From NCBI GenBank assembly GCA_028066245.1, contig JALCBR010000012.1:635-64634 (forward strand): a stretch of DNA of 64,000 nt, in the 5' to 3' direction. The stretch comes from Pirellulales bacterium (GTDB lineage Bacteria; Planctomycetota; Planctomycetia; Pirellulales; S012-138). Both the position numbers and the translations under genes were made by a program. Under the pieces are notes generated by a model. The model was not told where the DNA came from, did no database searches, and was given only the letters and a program-made list of their open reading frames with translations. Positions 43,109-53,424 of this stretch are shown one piece after another; position 1 is the first letter of the stretch; each line of letters opens with the position of its first letter.

Positions 43109-45616
43109 TTACTTGTCGGTTTCCTCAGTCTCCGAAACCGACATTTCCTGTTTGATCAACCGTTGTGCTTCTATGAGCAGGAAATCAGGATCCATGAACG
43201 GCTCATAGCTGACATCCTGCCAGCGGATTTTTCCGTCGCCATCAATCAAGAACGTGCCGTGCAGCGGCAGGTTTTCAAAGTCATCAAAGACACGGTACTT
43301 ACGGAACACTTCATAGTCCGGGTCAGCAACGAGAGGGAAGGGGAATTCCAAGGCATCTTCTTCGATGTCTTCCCCTTCGGCCGCGCGCGTTTCCATTTCG
43401 CGACGGTAAGCATCGAAGGACTTCTGCAAATTCTCAACGCTGTCCGTGCTGATGCCGACGATCTCAATCCCTGCCTCACGGAAACGTTCTGTCTTGGGAC
43501 CAAAAAGCTCCAATTGCTGAGCGCAATGCAGGCAACCATAGCCCAGATAGAAGATCACGATCACGGGGCGACCTTCATAATCATCCAATGAAACCTTGTT
43601 GCCGCTGGTGGACGGGAGCGCCCATTTATCCGCCGCTACCGGCTGCCAACGAAACGGACCAATGGAACTCAGTTCCGGCCGTTCACCCAAGTCATCGGGC
43701 ATTTCCCGCGAGGCGCGCCAATCTGCGGAGTAACCGCAATCGGCCGCCACGGACGCCAAACGACCAAAGACCGGAGCGCTCAGATCGATCTCGCTGGAGA
43801 TCTTGCGGAGATCCGAGAACGCCGCCTGGGCTTCCTCCTGTTGCCCACATTCGTCGGCGATGTAGATATAGTTCGCCAACGGATAGACTTCATTTTTCTT
43901 GCGGGCGGACTTGGCCGTCTTCAGGGCCAATTCCTGGTCACCAGCTTCCAGATAGAGCATGGCAAGGTGCTCTTTGGGAATCCCCCGTACCTTGGCAAGT
44001 TTCTTGAGGGCTTTCTCCTGGTCCCCCTCCAGAAACTCCAACCTGGATTCCAGCTCGCTAATGGCTGACTTATAGGATCGCTCACCACCACGGAACTTAC
44101 GCTTGGCAGCGGTGGTGGCTTTGGACTTTGTGAGCCCCACAAAAGCAGGCGTTTCTGCGGCCCTCTCCACAGCTTCCTCGATTGCCTTTTCCTGGCGGGC
44201 ATCGAGAGATGCCGCCTGGCTCTTCAATTCCTCGATCTGCCGCTTGAGGTTTTCCGCATCCCGCAAGCCAAAGTAAGCGACGCCCTTGGCCTTGAGGCGC
44301 TTGATCTGTTCGGAGGTGATGTCCGTAGGATCCAAGTAGGGCCCTTCGCACAATTCCAGTGTTTGCTCCCACAGCTCATAGCGATTGAGAACTTCCAGCA
44401 ACCGAGTACGCCCATAGCCGGCGCTACTGCCACGGCTGCCAGCGGAGTTGTATTTCGGGTGCCTGGGCTGCTCGACCATGTTCTTGGCCAGTTCTACGGC
44501 ATCCTGAACACGACCAACGTGGGAAAGACTCCGCGTGAGCCATTCATTGTTGTGGGCGTAGTTGTGGATCCGGTAGGGCATGACGCGATCATTCATCATC
44601 GCGATGTGATCAGCCCGAGCGGAGGCTTCCTGCTGCCAAGCAGAATCATGGTATCTCTTGAGACGCCAGTAAATGTGGCCGGGCATGTGCCACATATGAG
44701 CAATGATGGGGGAAGATGGGCCGCACATGGCGGAGGATTCAAGTGCCTTGGCTGGTCCTTTGTAGTCCCACAGGTGAATCTTGTAGTGATGGACGGGGTG
44801 CAGAGGGTTGGCGGCCAGCACCTCCTCAATCCCCTCATCAACTTCCTTGGAAGCCCTATTGCCGCCGCGTCCTCCTGAGTTCATTCCGCTCCAAGCGGCA
44901 AAACACCAAAACGCCTTGGCTTCAAGCTCATCCGGATACTCTTCGTAGATCTCAGCCAGTCCTTCCTTGAAGTTTTTCCACCGACTCTTGCGGTTTGATG
45001 TCGTGAGATATTCATTGAGAGAATCAATCCACATCTGTTCCCGTGGCGAAGCCTTGTCACGGAGTTCTACGGCTTTCTCGATGAAACCCTTCGCGCGGCT
45101 TTTGTTGTTGTAGTTGGCCATGGCCATGCCCCAGTACGCCATAGCACACTCAGGCTCAATGGCGGCGGCCTGTCGAAAAGAGCGCTCGGCCTCCAAATAC
45201 CAAAACCCGTGCAACTGCCCCACGCCCTGATCAAAGAACTTCTGAACCGTCTCGTCGTTGTGCGTGACCTCAAGATGCACGTTACCGGTGCCGCCCATCA
45301 AGTACGCGGCTTGACGCGGCCCTTCATTGAAAGCTTCACCGTGGTAGGAATGTCCGGCTGCCGGATCAATCTCACGTTGCTCGTCAAGCTCGTCATCTTC
45401 AGCGTCTTGATCATCCTGGCGTTGCCCTTGCTGGGCTTTACCATCTTGGGTCTTAGCATCCTGGGTTTTGCCATTGGATTGGTCTGACCGTTGGTCATCC
45501 TGAGCAACTGCCTGACTGGTGATGACTTGCGTGGCAATGGCCAGGAGACCACAAATCACCCACGCGGTTGTTGTCAGTACCCACCGTTGCATGATGGAAT
45601 CCTGTTTCACTTGCAT
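43109..45616 (-). CDS. Exported TPR-like protein fused to a C-terminal AhpC/TSA redoxin domain
   Basis: Signal peptide; GHSYHGEAFNEGPRQAAY; FDQG..QLHGFWY.EAERSF; HMWHMPGHIY; FYLGYGCLHC (CxxC); PLHGTFLID. Confidence 0.85.
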   Translation of the reverse strand: MQVKQDSIMQRWVLTTTAWVICGLLAIATQVITSQAVAQDDQRSDQSNGKTQDAKTQDGKAQQGQRQDDQDAEDDELDEQREIDPAAGHSYHGEAFNEGPRQAAYLMGGTGNVHLEVTHNDETVQKFFDQGVGQLHGFWYLEAERSFRQAAAIEPECAMAYWGMAMANYNNKSRAKGFIEKAVELRDKASPREQMWIDSLNEYLTTSNRKSRWKNFKEGLAEIYEEYPDELEAKAFWCFAAWSGMNSGGRGGNRASKEVDEGIEEVLAANPLHPVHHYKIHLWDYKGPAKALESSAMCGPSSPIIAHMWHMPGHIYWRLKRYHDSAWQQEASARADHIAMMNDRVMPYRIHNYAHNNEWLTRSLSHVGRVQDAVELAKNMVEQPRHPKYNSAGSRGSSAGYGRTRLLEVLNRYELWEQTLELCEGPYLDPTDITSEQIKRLKAKGVAYFGLRDAENLKRQIEELKSQAASLDARQEKAIEEAVERAAETPAFVGLTKSKATTAAKRKFRGGERSYKSAISELESRLEFLEGDQEKALKKLAKVRGIPKEHLAMLYLEAGDQELALKTAKSARKKNEVYPLANYIYIADECGQQEEAQAAFSDLRKISSEIDLSAPVFGRLASVAADCGYSADWRASREMPDDLGERPELSSIGPFRWQPVAADKWALPSTSGNKVSLDDYEGRPVIVIFYLGYGCLHCAQQLELFGPKTERFREAGIEIVGISTDSVENLQKSFDAYRREMETRAAEGEDIEEDALEFPFPLVADPDYEVFRKYRVFDDFENLPLHGTFLIDGDGKIRWQDVSYEPFMDPDFLLIEAQRLIKQEMSVSETEETDK

Positions 45617-45946
45617 CCTGATGACCCTAGAGAAAGGAACGCGCGGTGCGATAGTTCGAGCGGTGATTTGCAGCTTGCACGTTATCCGCAGAAGTAGGCA
45701 GGGTCAAGCAATTGGCGCATTATTTGGAGCGGTGTAACATCAGTTACTTGATAAAGTTACGGCGATTATGTGGCGTGCGTAGGCTTTGCGGCGGGAAGCC
45801 GCGCCTAGGCAAAAAATCGACGTGCTGCGCTCGAAAAATCGCAAGTACTTCGCTTGGCATATTCTCGATCCAAGGCCCCTGGACTCGGCAGTTCAATTGC
45901 TTCGCGAACGTGTGATTGAATTGCCGCAGCGTTCCCCGCACGCCCT

Positions 45947-46188
45947 GCTTTCACGCGTACGGGCGAAATTGACATTGGTCAAATTTGGGGGGTGTTTCGT
46001 GCCGCCCTGCGCGCTGCTGAGCACCATAGGGGGTTGACGGTTAACAAGCTATTGAACGTAACGTCAGGGTTGTCGGTAATGGTCTCGGTGCCGTTGCTGG
46101 TCCATTGCATACGCGTGAAGCGTTTGCGCAACCCCCTGGAGGCGGGAGGGATTTGACCAATGTCACTTTCGCCCGTACGCATGAGAGC
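45947..46188. repeat. 242-bp element bounded by 38-bp inverted repeats (MITE-like, invertible segment or structured RNA)
   Basis: 45947-45984 is the reverse complement of 46151-46188 at 35 of 38 positions; nested AGGGGGTTG/CAACCCCCT stem inside. Confidence 0.85.
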
Positions 46189-46374
46189 GTGTTGTGTGGA
46201 CTCCCATCGGGGAATGATTTGACGGCGTCCGTCAGGGCGAACTGACCAGCAATCAGACTGGTGCTCTCGCCTGCGTCTCCCAGAAGGCGTTGCGGTACGG
46301 CGAACAGGAGACGCTCTTTTTTCGGACAGCTGCTCTGTAGGGCAAGCCGAAGTAAGCGTCTGGGGGGTCGGAGA

Positions 46375-46884
46375 CTACTTGCTGACCCCAACGGCTTCTG
46401 GCCCTTGAAAACCTGCCTCGCGGAAAGGTTCATCTCTCACGACTTCGACGATCTTGATTGCCTTGATCTCGTCAAAGCCAATCAGCACCCGCCGAGCTCC
46501 GTTGGTATCCGGGTTGCGACGCTCGAACATCACCAGATCAGTTGTTGTAAGAAAGGACGAAAACGGAATCTGCTCGTCCCAACTGGCCATCAGTACGCCT
46601 TGCCGCTGGAGTCCTTGTGGCCAATCGTGCAAGAACCGTTTCCAGCAGTTCTGATGGGCCTCAGCAGTTGGTGGGGGCGATTGGACAACCACCACTTGTT
46701 GCTCTCCGGTGTTTCCCTGCGCTGTTGGTGGACTCCCGCCCCGCGAGCCGCTTTCGGCTTCCAGCTTTCCGTTCTGGGGCGACCTCGCAGCCGCCGGTTT
46801 TCCCAAAGAGTTTCCGTTTTTTCCAGCCGGTGAAAGGCTCTTCAGCCGCGGCAAGATTCGCTTGTTTTCCGGTGCGTCAGACAT
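46375..46884 (-). CDS. Hypothetical protein, planctomycete type
   Basis: W..F..WP....R.GVL...EQIPF..F...ERRNPDTNGARRV pattern after a disordered N-terminus; GGAG RBS. Confidence 0.75.
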   Translation of the reverse strand: MSDAPENKRILPRLKSLSPAGKNGNSLGKPAAARSPQNGKLEAESGSRGGSPPTAQGNTGEQQVVVVQSPPPTAEAHQNCWKRFLHDWPQGLQRQGVLMASWDEQIPFSSFLTTTDLVMFERRNPDTNGARRVLIGFDEIKAIKIVEVVRDEPFREAGFQGPEAVGVSK

Positions 46885-47067
46885 CGCCAGCTTTCTCCCA
46901 AAGGCCACCCGCAGCAATATGCGGAAGTCTAGCTCATGGAGCTTGAGGCGGGCGATGACCCTCCGGGAGTACTAACGAAGCGCCTCCGCATTCAGGGAAA
47001 CCAGCAAAATCGTTGCAGGGCAGGCCGACGTTCAGAGAAAACGTTGCTCGCCGTGGAGGCATCGGCG

Positions 47068-49431
47068 TCACGGCTGGCGGTCATTGACCGTGGTGCTCTC
47101 GGAAATCTCCAATGGGTGGCGCAGACTCCCACCACTGACAACAGCTCGCACCCGGTTTTCACCAGGCTGGCTGACCCGGGCGCGAATCGTATACCGCAAC
47201 GTTTCTTGTGGGCGCAATTCCGGCATAGGATTGAACCGAATAACGTCGCCGTCCAGTTGATGATCGCGCGTACCTCGTGGGCTGCGTGTCGCGATCTCGT
47301 TAAGCGTCATGCCAGTCGCAAGATCGAAATCAAGCTGAATCTGGGTCTCCGTGACCGAAGACTCGTTCTTGATGGAAACTTCGTACGTGACATCCGTACC
47401 AACGACAACCGGGTCCCTCGTTTCGACGATGGTGACTGTCATGGGAAGTTTGTCCGGACGAACGTTGAGGCACAACTCATCATTGTCTTTCGTTCCATCT
47501 TCTGACTCGACGGTGACACGGCCACAGATGTCGGTCGCCACTCGCTCGCAAGCGCACTGCACGTCAAAACGAGCGAACTGCCCAGGCCCTAATTCGTCGA
47601 CAATCCAGGTGAGACGGTATTCGCCCGGCGGCTCCGTGAAATCATTTCCTTCTGACGCCTGGATTGGCCGAAGCCCGGTCTCATAGGAGTCAACGACACG
47701 GACGTTCCGCAACGTCGCCTCGCCGGTGTTGGTCACCTCGATTCGGAAAGTGGGTGTATCGCCAACCTTCGCCGTCAATGGCCCAGTCTTGCGGACAGCC
47801 AACTCGCGACGCGCAGGAGTTACGGCGCGGGCGATCTGCACACAGTCCCGACCTTCACCGAAGAGTTCACCAGTCTCTTCGTTGGAGACCGTTACATGCT
47901 GGCAGGCTTGTCCCACAGCAACCGCGGTGAACGTCACGGGGAATGTGACTAACTTTCCAGGCACAATCGGATCGAGGTCTCGGGCGATTGGATTCTGGCC
48001 AATTTCGTGCTGCAATCCGGCATCGTAGGTATCGGTAATCACTAAGCCTGAAGGAGTTGCCGCATTTCCTCGATTGAGCACAGTAATTTCCCAGGTGACT
48101 TGGTCTCCGACACTGACACCGCCCCTGGGTTGAGTGCGGCGCAACGTCACGTCCAAAGCGGCGGACGCCACGGATGTTCGCAGGCAATCGCGGATTGTCG
48201 CCCCGTTGGTGGAGTTCAACTCCGCACACAACTCTGCCGTCAGGTTTGACGCAACCTGAAATCTCACGACCAAGCTCTGTGAACTGCCTGCCGCGAGATC
48301 TCCTAGGTCAAAACTGATTTCATTGCCGGATTGCATGGCGACCGGATCGGTCCCAACGATGGTCCAGCCTTCGGGCACGTTCAAGGTGACGCGAGAGCCG
48401 GGCACGGCTTCATCACCGGGGTTGGCAATATCGATTGTGAAATCGGACTCTGCTCCGGCGGCCACCTGTGAAGGTCCTGAAAGATTGATCGTCACATCAG
48501 AGGTCCACGTCACGCTCAAAGAACTTCGGCCCAAGATGACGCGGGGCGAAGGCTGCTGTGCTCCCTCCGAAGTTGGCGGCTGCGGAACATCCCGCACGAT
48601 TTGGATCTGCACGTTTGTTGTGCCCATGGCGGGCTGCCCTTGAATCAGGTCGACAGTCGCCGCGCCGTTGGAGTCGGTAACCACTTCACGAACCTGTGCG
48701 CCATCGGGGGCAAACCCGGCAGCCGATCCGCCGCTGATCTCATACCGAACCAGATAGCCCCGCGCAGGCGCTCCTGTACTGGGTTGGATTACGGTTGTCG
48801 TCAACGGCACGCTGGCCCCCAAGCCCGCGGTCGTGGATTGCGGAAAAGCCCATTGGGCATCAATCCAATGAACGCGAGCGATCGCCTGACCCGATGACGG
48901 GTCCAAGAGACTCGGGGCGGACGTCGTTACAACGGAGGTCCCTTCTTGCTGCGAAGATAGACTCATCCATGTTTGGCCCTTTTGGATCAGAAAGTCATCG
49001 CCCGTCTGTTGTGTTCCTCGGGTGACGACGGCGCTCTGCGGAAACGTTGTGCTTTGGCCGACTGTGGAGCTAGTGATCTGCGGCCAAAGCAGCGGATTGA
49101 GCGCGTTGGATTCTCCGAATCCCCCAGCACCGCGCAGCTCACCCACGCCCTCCAGCGTCCAGTTGACGGGCTGGTTGGAAGCCATTTGTCCAGCAATACA
49201 GACACTGGCCACAAGCGCGACTTCACTTCCAACGGGCACAACCTGTTCGGCGGGGTTGACGACAATCCGCACGTCACGGGCTGCGCTCCCTGTCACCAGC
49301 GGGCCCGGTGGGGAGACGTAGGTTGGCACACCTTGGGTGGTATCCCACAGCGGGAACCGCGCGCAGCCCCCCAACACAGACACGCTTAGCGCGAGTCCTA
49401 ACAGCCAAACAAGTTGGGCTTGGCGTCGCAT
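47068..49431 (-). CDS. Lipoprotein with multiple DUF11/Ig-like repeats, OmcB-like
   Basis: Lipobox VLGG-C; repeats such as KTGPLTAKVGDTPTFRIEVTNTG and RDPVVVGTDVTYEVSIKN; paired Cys in most repeats. Confidence 0.8.
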   Translation of the reverse strand: MRRQAQLVWLLGLALSVSVLGGCARFPLWDTTQGVPTYVSPPGPLVTGSAARDVRIVVNPAEQVVPVGSEVALVASVCIAGQMASNQPVNWTLEGVGELRGAGGFGESNALNPLLWPQITSSTVGQSTTFPQSAVVTRGTQQTGDDFLIQKGQTWMSLSSQQEGTSVVTTSAPSLLDPSSGQAIARVHWIDAQWAFPQSTTAGLGASVPLTTTVIQPSTGAPARGYLVRYEISGGSAAGFAPDGAQVREVVTDSNGAATVDLIQGQPAMGTTNVQIQIVRDVPQPPTSEGAQQPSPRVILGRSSLSVTWTSDVTINLSGPSQVAAGAESDFTIDIANPGDEAVPGSRVTLNVPEGWTIVGTDPVAMQSGNEISFDLGDLAAGSSQSLVVRFQVASNLTAELCAELNSTNGATIRDCLRTSVASAALDVTLRRTQPRGGVSVGDQVTWEITVLNRGNAATPSGLVITDTYDAGLQHEIGQNPIARDLDPIVPGKLVTFPVTFTAVAVGQACQHVTVSNEETGELFGEGRDCVQIARAVTPARRELAVRKTGPLTAKVGDTPTFRIEVTNTGEATLRNVRVVDSYETGLRPIQASEGNDFTEPPGEYRLTWIVDELGPGQFARFDVQCACERVATDICGRVTVESEDGTKDNDELCLNVRPDKLPMTVTIVETRDPVVVGTDVTYEVSIKNESSVTETQIQLDFDLATGMTLNEIATRSPRGTRDHQLDGDVIRFNPMPELRPQETLRYTIRARVSQPGENRVRAVVSGGSLRHPLEISESTTVNDRQP

Positions 49432-49833
49432 GGTTCTGCAGCCAACCTCTTGGTTCAAGTCCAGCACAAAAATCAGGGCGGGTGCGATTCGCTCGCCTGA
49501 TCGGTGCGCACCGAGGGCGCAGCTCCTTGAAACGTACCACGCCCTCTGCGGCATGTTGCCGTTTTTCAACACCCTCATTCCGTGTGAGTAGGCGGGCTAC
49601 CGGCAAATTCGTTACAACCGGACCATCTTGATTTGCCACGCCGAGTTCTTACCCATCCACAAAAGTGATCGCATGCCGCTGGTCACAGAAGAGGTGTCTT
49701 GGCATTCTTTGCCGCCGCGCGCAAAAAACAATCGCGCGGATCGAAACTGTTCGATCACGCGCGATGCTGAAACTGTGTGCTGACCTGGGAAACGCTGACG
49801 ATGGTTGCGAAACCGCTTTCAACCATCGCGGGG

Positions 49834-50724
49834 TCATCCGCCGCGATTGCCGAAGATTCCGGTTGCGTACCAGATCCCGTTGCGGCCCCGTTTGATGTCA
49901 TATCCAAACAACGGTTGACGCCGGCGAACCGCGCCCCAATGTCCTGACGAATATCGCCAGCTATCGACACAATCGATGCAAGCATCGACGAGATTCTTGC
50001 CAGGCCAACTTTCGGCCACGACCTCTTGCGAACGCAACCCGCCTGGCAGCCGGGCATTGATCCGGTGAAAGCGTGAATCCCAGGAATGGTGGCCTTGCAC
50101 GCCGATTTGCGCCTGGTAGCGCGATTGCGATTCGGCCTCGGCCAACAAAACTTCGCTCTGTTCGCCCAACGTGCTTTGAGGGCTTTCCGGATGGATCCGC
50201 ACGGCGAAGGTCATCGTCCGCTGCGTGAGGGTCCCCGGCGGTAAATTGAGAATCACTCTCGTCTTGTGCCGGCCGTAGTACGTGCCGGGTCGGAAGGGGA
50301 ATTGGCTGACAACGTAACCATAGTACTTGGCTTCCGTGTTCTCCAAGTCAATGATGGCAACACCCTCACGCCCTTGCATATCTGCAAACGCGGCATGATT
50401 GAGTAAGACCGTTCGTTCGCCATCGACTTCAATGGCGGCGTCGGTGTCGAGCCGCAGCCAGACGTATTTCTCGCGCAACTCCGGTGTAAGTTCCTCGGCC
50501 AGAGAGTTTTCAAGATACGCCTCCGCAACGTTGGCATTGGCGGGATCTGAAAACAAAACAAACAACATTTTCTGTTGCTCGCGCGCGGATCGCATCGCCA
50601 CGCGATAGTCCGTCTTCCAACGGATCGTTTCTTTGACATCTTCCGATGCTTCCATGCGGCTGGTTGACAGGGCGATCATCGCCACACCCAATAGGCCCAA
50701 CCAGGCCGTGGCCCGACGCATCAT
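49834..50724 (-). CDS. Exported thioredoxin-like + CAP/SCP-like domain protein
   Basis: Signal peptide; IRWKTDY..AM..A....K.LFVLF (thioredoxin-like, no CxxC); C-terminal GHH...EVVAESW...CVDSWRYSSGHW...WYATGIF. Confidence 0.65.
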   Translation of the reverse strand: MMRRATAWLGLLGVAMIALSTSRMEASEDVKETIRWKTDYRVAMRSAREQQKMLFVLFSDPANANVAEAYLENSLAEELTPELREKYVWLRLDTDAAIEVDGERTVLLNHAAFADMQGREGVAIIDLENTEAKYYGYVVSQFPFRPGTYYGRHKTRVILNLPPGTLTQRTMTFAVRIHPESPQSTLGEQSEVLLAEAESQSRYQAQIGVQGHHSWDSRFHRINARLPGGLRSQEVVAESWPGKNLVDACIDCVDSWRYSSGHWGAVRRRQPLFGYDIKRGRNGIWYATGIFGNRGG

Positions 50725-51217
50725 TAACGACATCTCCTCGATGGAATTCACCCCTATGGCCCGGCAACACACCGAGCACAAACACGACGTTGAAGTGACT
50801 GCCGTTCCCAGCGCTCAACACGCCCAACCTCCAATGATTCGCGAACGCCAATCATTGGAGGGAAAGCTTCTGCTGCAAACGAAATGACAGTGGCGCGGTG
50901 CTTGGCGACGCTGACGAATGTCAGCGATAAGAGAGTCCATTCCCAGCTCCCCTGGGCAGGCGGCAGTTTCAAGCCACGTCCAAGGGGTTGGAGCACACAA
51001 AACTGCGTCCCCGGAAGGCAACTAATGTAGTCGCTGGCATCATCAGGAAAAACAGTCTGACTGGATAAAATGATCCAAATGGCAAGATCAGCTAAGATAA
51101 CTGCCCTTTAGCGTTTGAGGTAACTACGCTGCTTGCCCGAATTCGCCATTTCGTGGTAAGAATTTAGCAGCGCGAGCCGCGTATTCTCTGCGCAAAACCC
51201 ACTATTTCCTGGAGTTC

Positions 51218-53398
51218 TTGATGAAGGGTCGCCTGAATCGGACTGCGATCACCTTTGTGCTTTTTGCTTTGGCGCTTCCTGCAACGGCCGTTCACGGCCA
51301 GGGAATTGGAACCGCGCTGGAAGTCAGACAAGCCCTGGCTGAGCTGCGAGGATGGCTGGCAGGCTCAGGGCATGGTGAAGGCTGGAACGCCCACTTGGGC
51401 AATGAAACCCTGGCTCGACAGCTCGATTTGGCCTCAAATCCGGCCACGCCCGTGGACGTTGCCGCGTTGCAAGATGTCTTGAGTCGCTACTCGACAGGCT
51501 CGCGAGAATTAGAGTTACGACGTTTCGTCGCCGTGCGTGAAAAACTGGCCGCCTGGATCCATGAGTTGAATCAACCAGGCATTGATCAGCTGCCGGAGAT
51601 GCTCCGCACTGCTGCCGGAGACTTTGCGGAGCCGGACGAAGCGTCGCTCGCTGATGCGAAAGCACAAGTCAATGCCGCCTCCCAGCCGCTCCGACGCTTT
51701 CTCAACGGCAGTCACGGCGCCGCTTGGAGCAGCTATCTGAATTGGGAAGCATTGGACGTTGAGTTGAGCGCCGCGCTTCCGGACGTTGAAATCCTGAACA
51801 ATTCGGCCGACCAATTTGAAAGCGGATATGCTGGATTAGAGTTGCCGATGTTCGCCAAAACCGCGGCAGCCCTACGACGTTACACGCAACTCTGTCTCGT
51901 TCACCAAGATCCGAACGCTCAGGCTGAGTATCAGACACGGATGAATGCTCTGGCAGACGCAATTGATGCGTTTGCCGGTACGCAAAACCGTACGTCACTT
52001 CAAGTCGTTTCAGATCACGTAACCTGGCTGGAGAGCCGAGGCCTGGCTTCAGAACTGACGGCCAAGGTCCGCGAACGCTTGTGGCGGCCAAATCTGATCA
52101 TTCAGATTGCGCCACAGTTTGCCACCGCCGGTTTCCATGAGAGCGTCCACGAGATCTCCGATGTCACGGATGTGATCTTGGGGACGGACATCCGCGGCAA
52201 AGCACGCACGATTGGAGATGTTCACGCCAGACTCCTGCCAGGCGAGAACAAAGCTGTCTTCGAGAATGTGTTTGTCGGTACGACGTATTCCCGCACGCTG
52301 GGATACAACCGGGGCATCGTGATTAGCACAGAGGGAACCACGAAGTTCACCGCCACTAAGCAATTCAGCTTTGATCAATATGGATTCACCGGCTATTCCA
52401 GCAAAGCGCAAGCGACAACTTATAGTGACACCAACTGGATCGACGTCGGCAAAAAACATCCGCTAATTCGCCGGTTGGTGGAACGCGTGGCCGAACGCAA
52501 AGTCCACCAATCAAGGCCGGAAGCGGACGCGATCGCTGGGCAACATGCGGAGGATCGCATCGAAGAACAGATGGATCTCAACGCAGACGAACGCCTCGCT
52601 CAGGCCAACAAGAACTACTACGAGAAGTTCCGCAAGCCGCTGCTCGACAAAGGGCTCTTTCCGCAGTCGTTTGACACTCACAGCTCGGTAGCAGGCTTAT
52701 TGTTTGTTGTCCGCCAGTACTCGGATGGCGGAATCGCCGCCACAACGACGCCACCGGACTTGGCAACTTCCGATGATATCACCGTTTCCGCGCACCAAAG
52801 CGCGATCAACAACATGATGTCAGCCATGCTGGCGGGACGTACGATCAACCGTGACGAGTTCCTCGTCGAGATTGGCGAGTTGCTGGGAGAATTGCCCGAG
52901 CAAATGGAACCGCCGGAGGATGAACCAAACTGGACGATCGAATTCGCCGCGCAAGATCCTGTTACGGTCAGCGTTGACGGCGATCTGGTGACCCTAGTGA
53001 TTCGCGCCTTGAGCTTTCACACACAAGGGCGTGAGCCGAACAACGACCCCTTGAACATCACCGTGAGATACCGCTTCCTGCAGCAAGAAGGTGGTTTTGC
53101 GGCGGGTGACGTTGTCGCGCGGCGCGAAGGGGATATCGAGGCACTCCCACCCGACTATCAGCCTGGCCAGATCTTGCCTTCGAGGATCATCGCGGTGATT
53201 CGCAGAGTGCGATCGAACTTTGCCAAATTCTTTGGCGAGGAACTCGTTTCTGAGAGCCGCCCCCTACCTGATAAATGGGCGCAAGCCGGCGATATGTGGC
53301 TTCGCAATGTCAAAGTCACCCCGGGCTGGCTGGTCTTCGGATGGCAAGCGGCACCGCAGCCAAAACCGGATGTGCCTCTCGGCACATCTACGGACTAA
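51218..53398 (+). CDS. Hypothetical secreted protein
   Basis: 726-aa ORF with GGAG RBS and signal peptide; helical N-half, beta-rich C-half (DVILGTDIRG). Confidence 0.8.
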   Translation: MMKGRLNRTAITFVLFALALPATAVHGQGIGTALEVRQALAELRGWLAGSGHGEGWNAHLGNETLARQLDLASNPATPVDVAALQDVLSRYSTGSRELELRRFVAVREKLAAWIHELNQPGIDQLPEMLRTAAGDFAEPDEASLADAKAQVNAASQPLRRFLNGSHGAAWSSYLNWEALDVELSAALPDVEILNNSADQFESGYAGLELPMFAKTAAALRRYTQLCLVHQDPNAQAEYQTRMNALADAIDAFAGTQNRTSLQVVSDHVTWLESRGLASELTAKVRERLWRPNLIIQIAPQFATAGFHESVHEISDVTDVILGTDIRGKARTIGDVHARLLPGENKAVFENVFVGTTYSRTLGYNRGIVISTEGTTKFTATKQFSFDQYGFTGYSSKAQATTYSDTNWIDVGKKHPLIRRLVERVAERKVHQSRPEADAIAGQHAEDRIEEQMDLNADERLAQANKNYYEKFRKPLLDKGLFPQSFDTHSSVAGLLFVVRQYSDGGIAATTTPPDLATSDDITVSAHQSAINNMMSAMLAGRTINRDEFLVEIGELLGELPEQMEPPEDEPNWTIEFAAQDPVTVSVDGDLVTLVIRALSFHTQGREPNNDPLNITVRYRFLQQEGGFAAGDVVARREGDIEALPPDYQPGQILPSRIIAVIRRVRSNFAKFFGEELVSESRPLPDKWAQAGDMWLRNVKVTPGWLVFGWQAAPQPKPDVPLGTSTD

Positions 53399-53424
53399 CG
53401 GCTTTTGCGGTATCACTCGCTGGG

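Noticed and set aside
46137-46160. tRNA/tmRNA 3'-end-like sequence on the minus strand (GGTCAAATCCCTCCCGCCTCCA)
   Set aside because: T-loop lacks TTC, no matching acceptor or D arms found, and it overlaps the inverted-repeat arm.
45947-46188. Retron msr-msd interpretation of the long inverted repeat
   Set aside because: No reverse transcriptase gene in the window.
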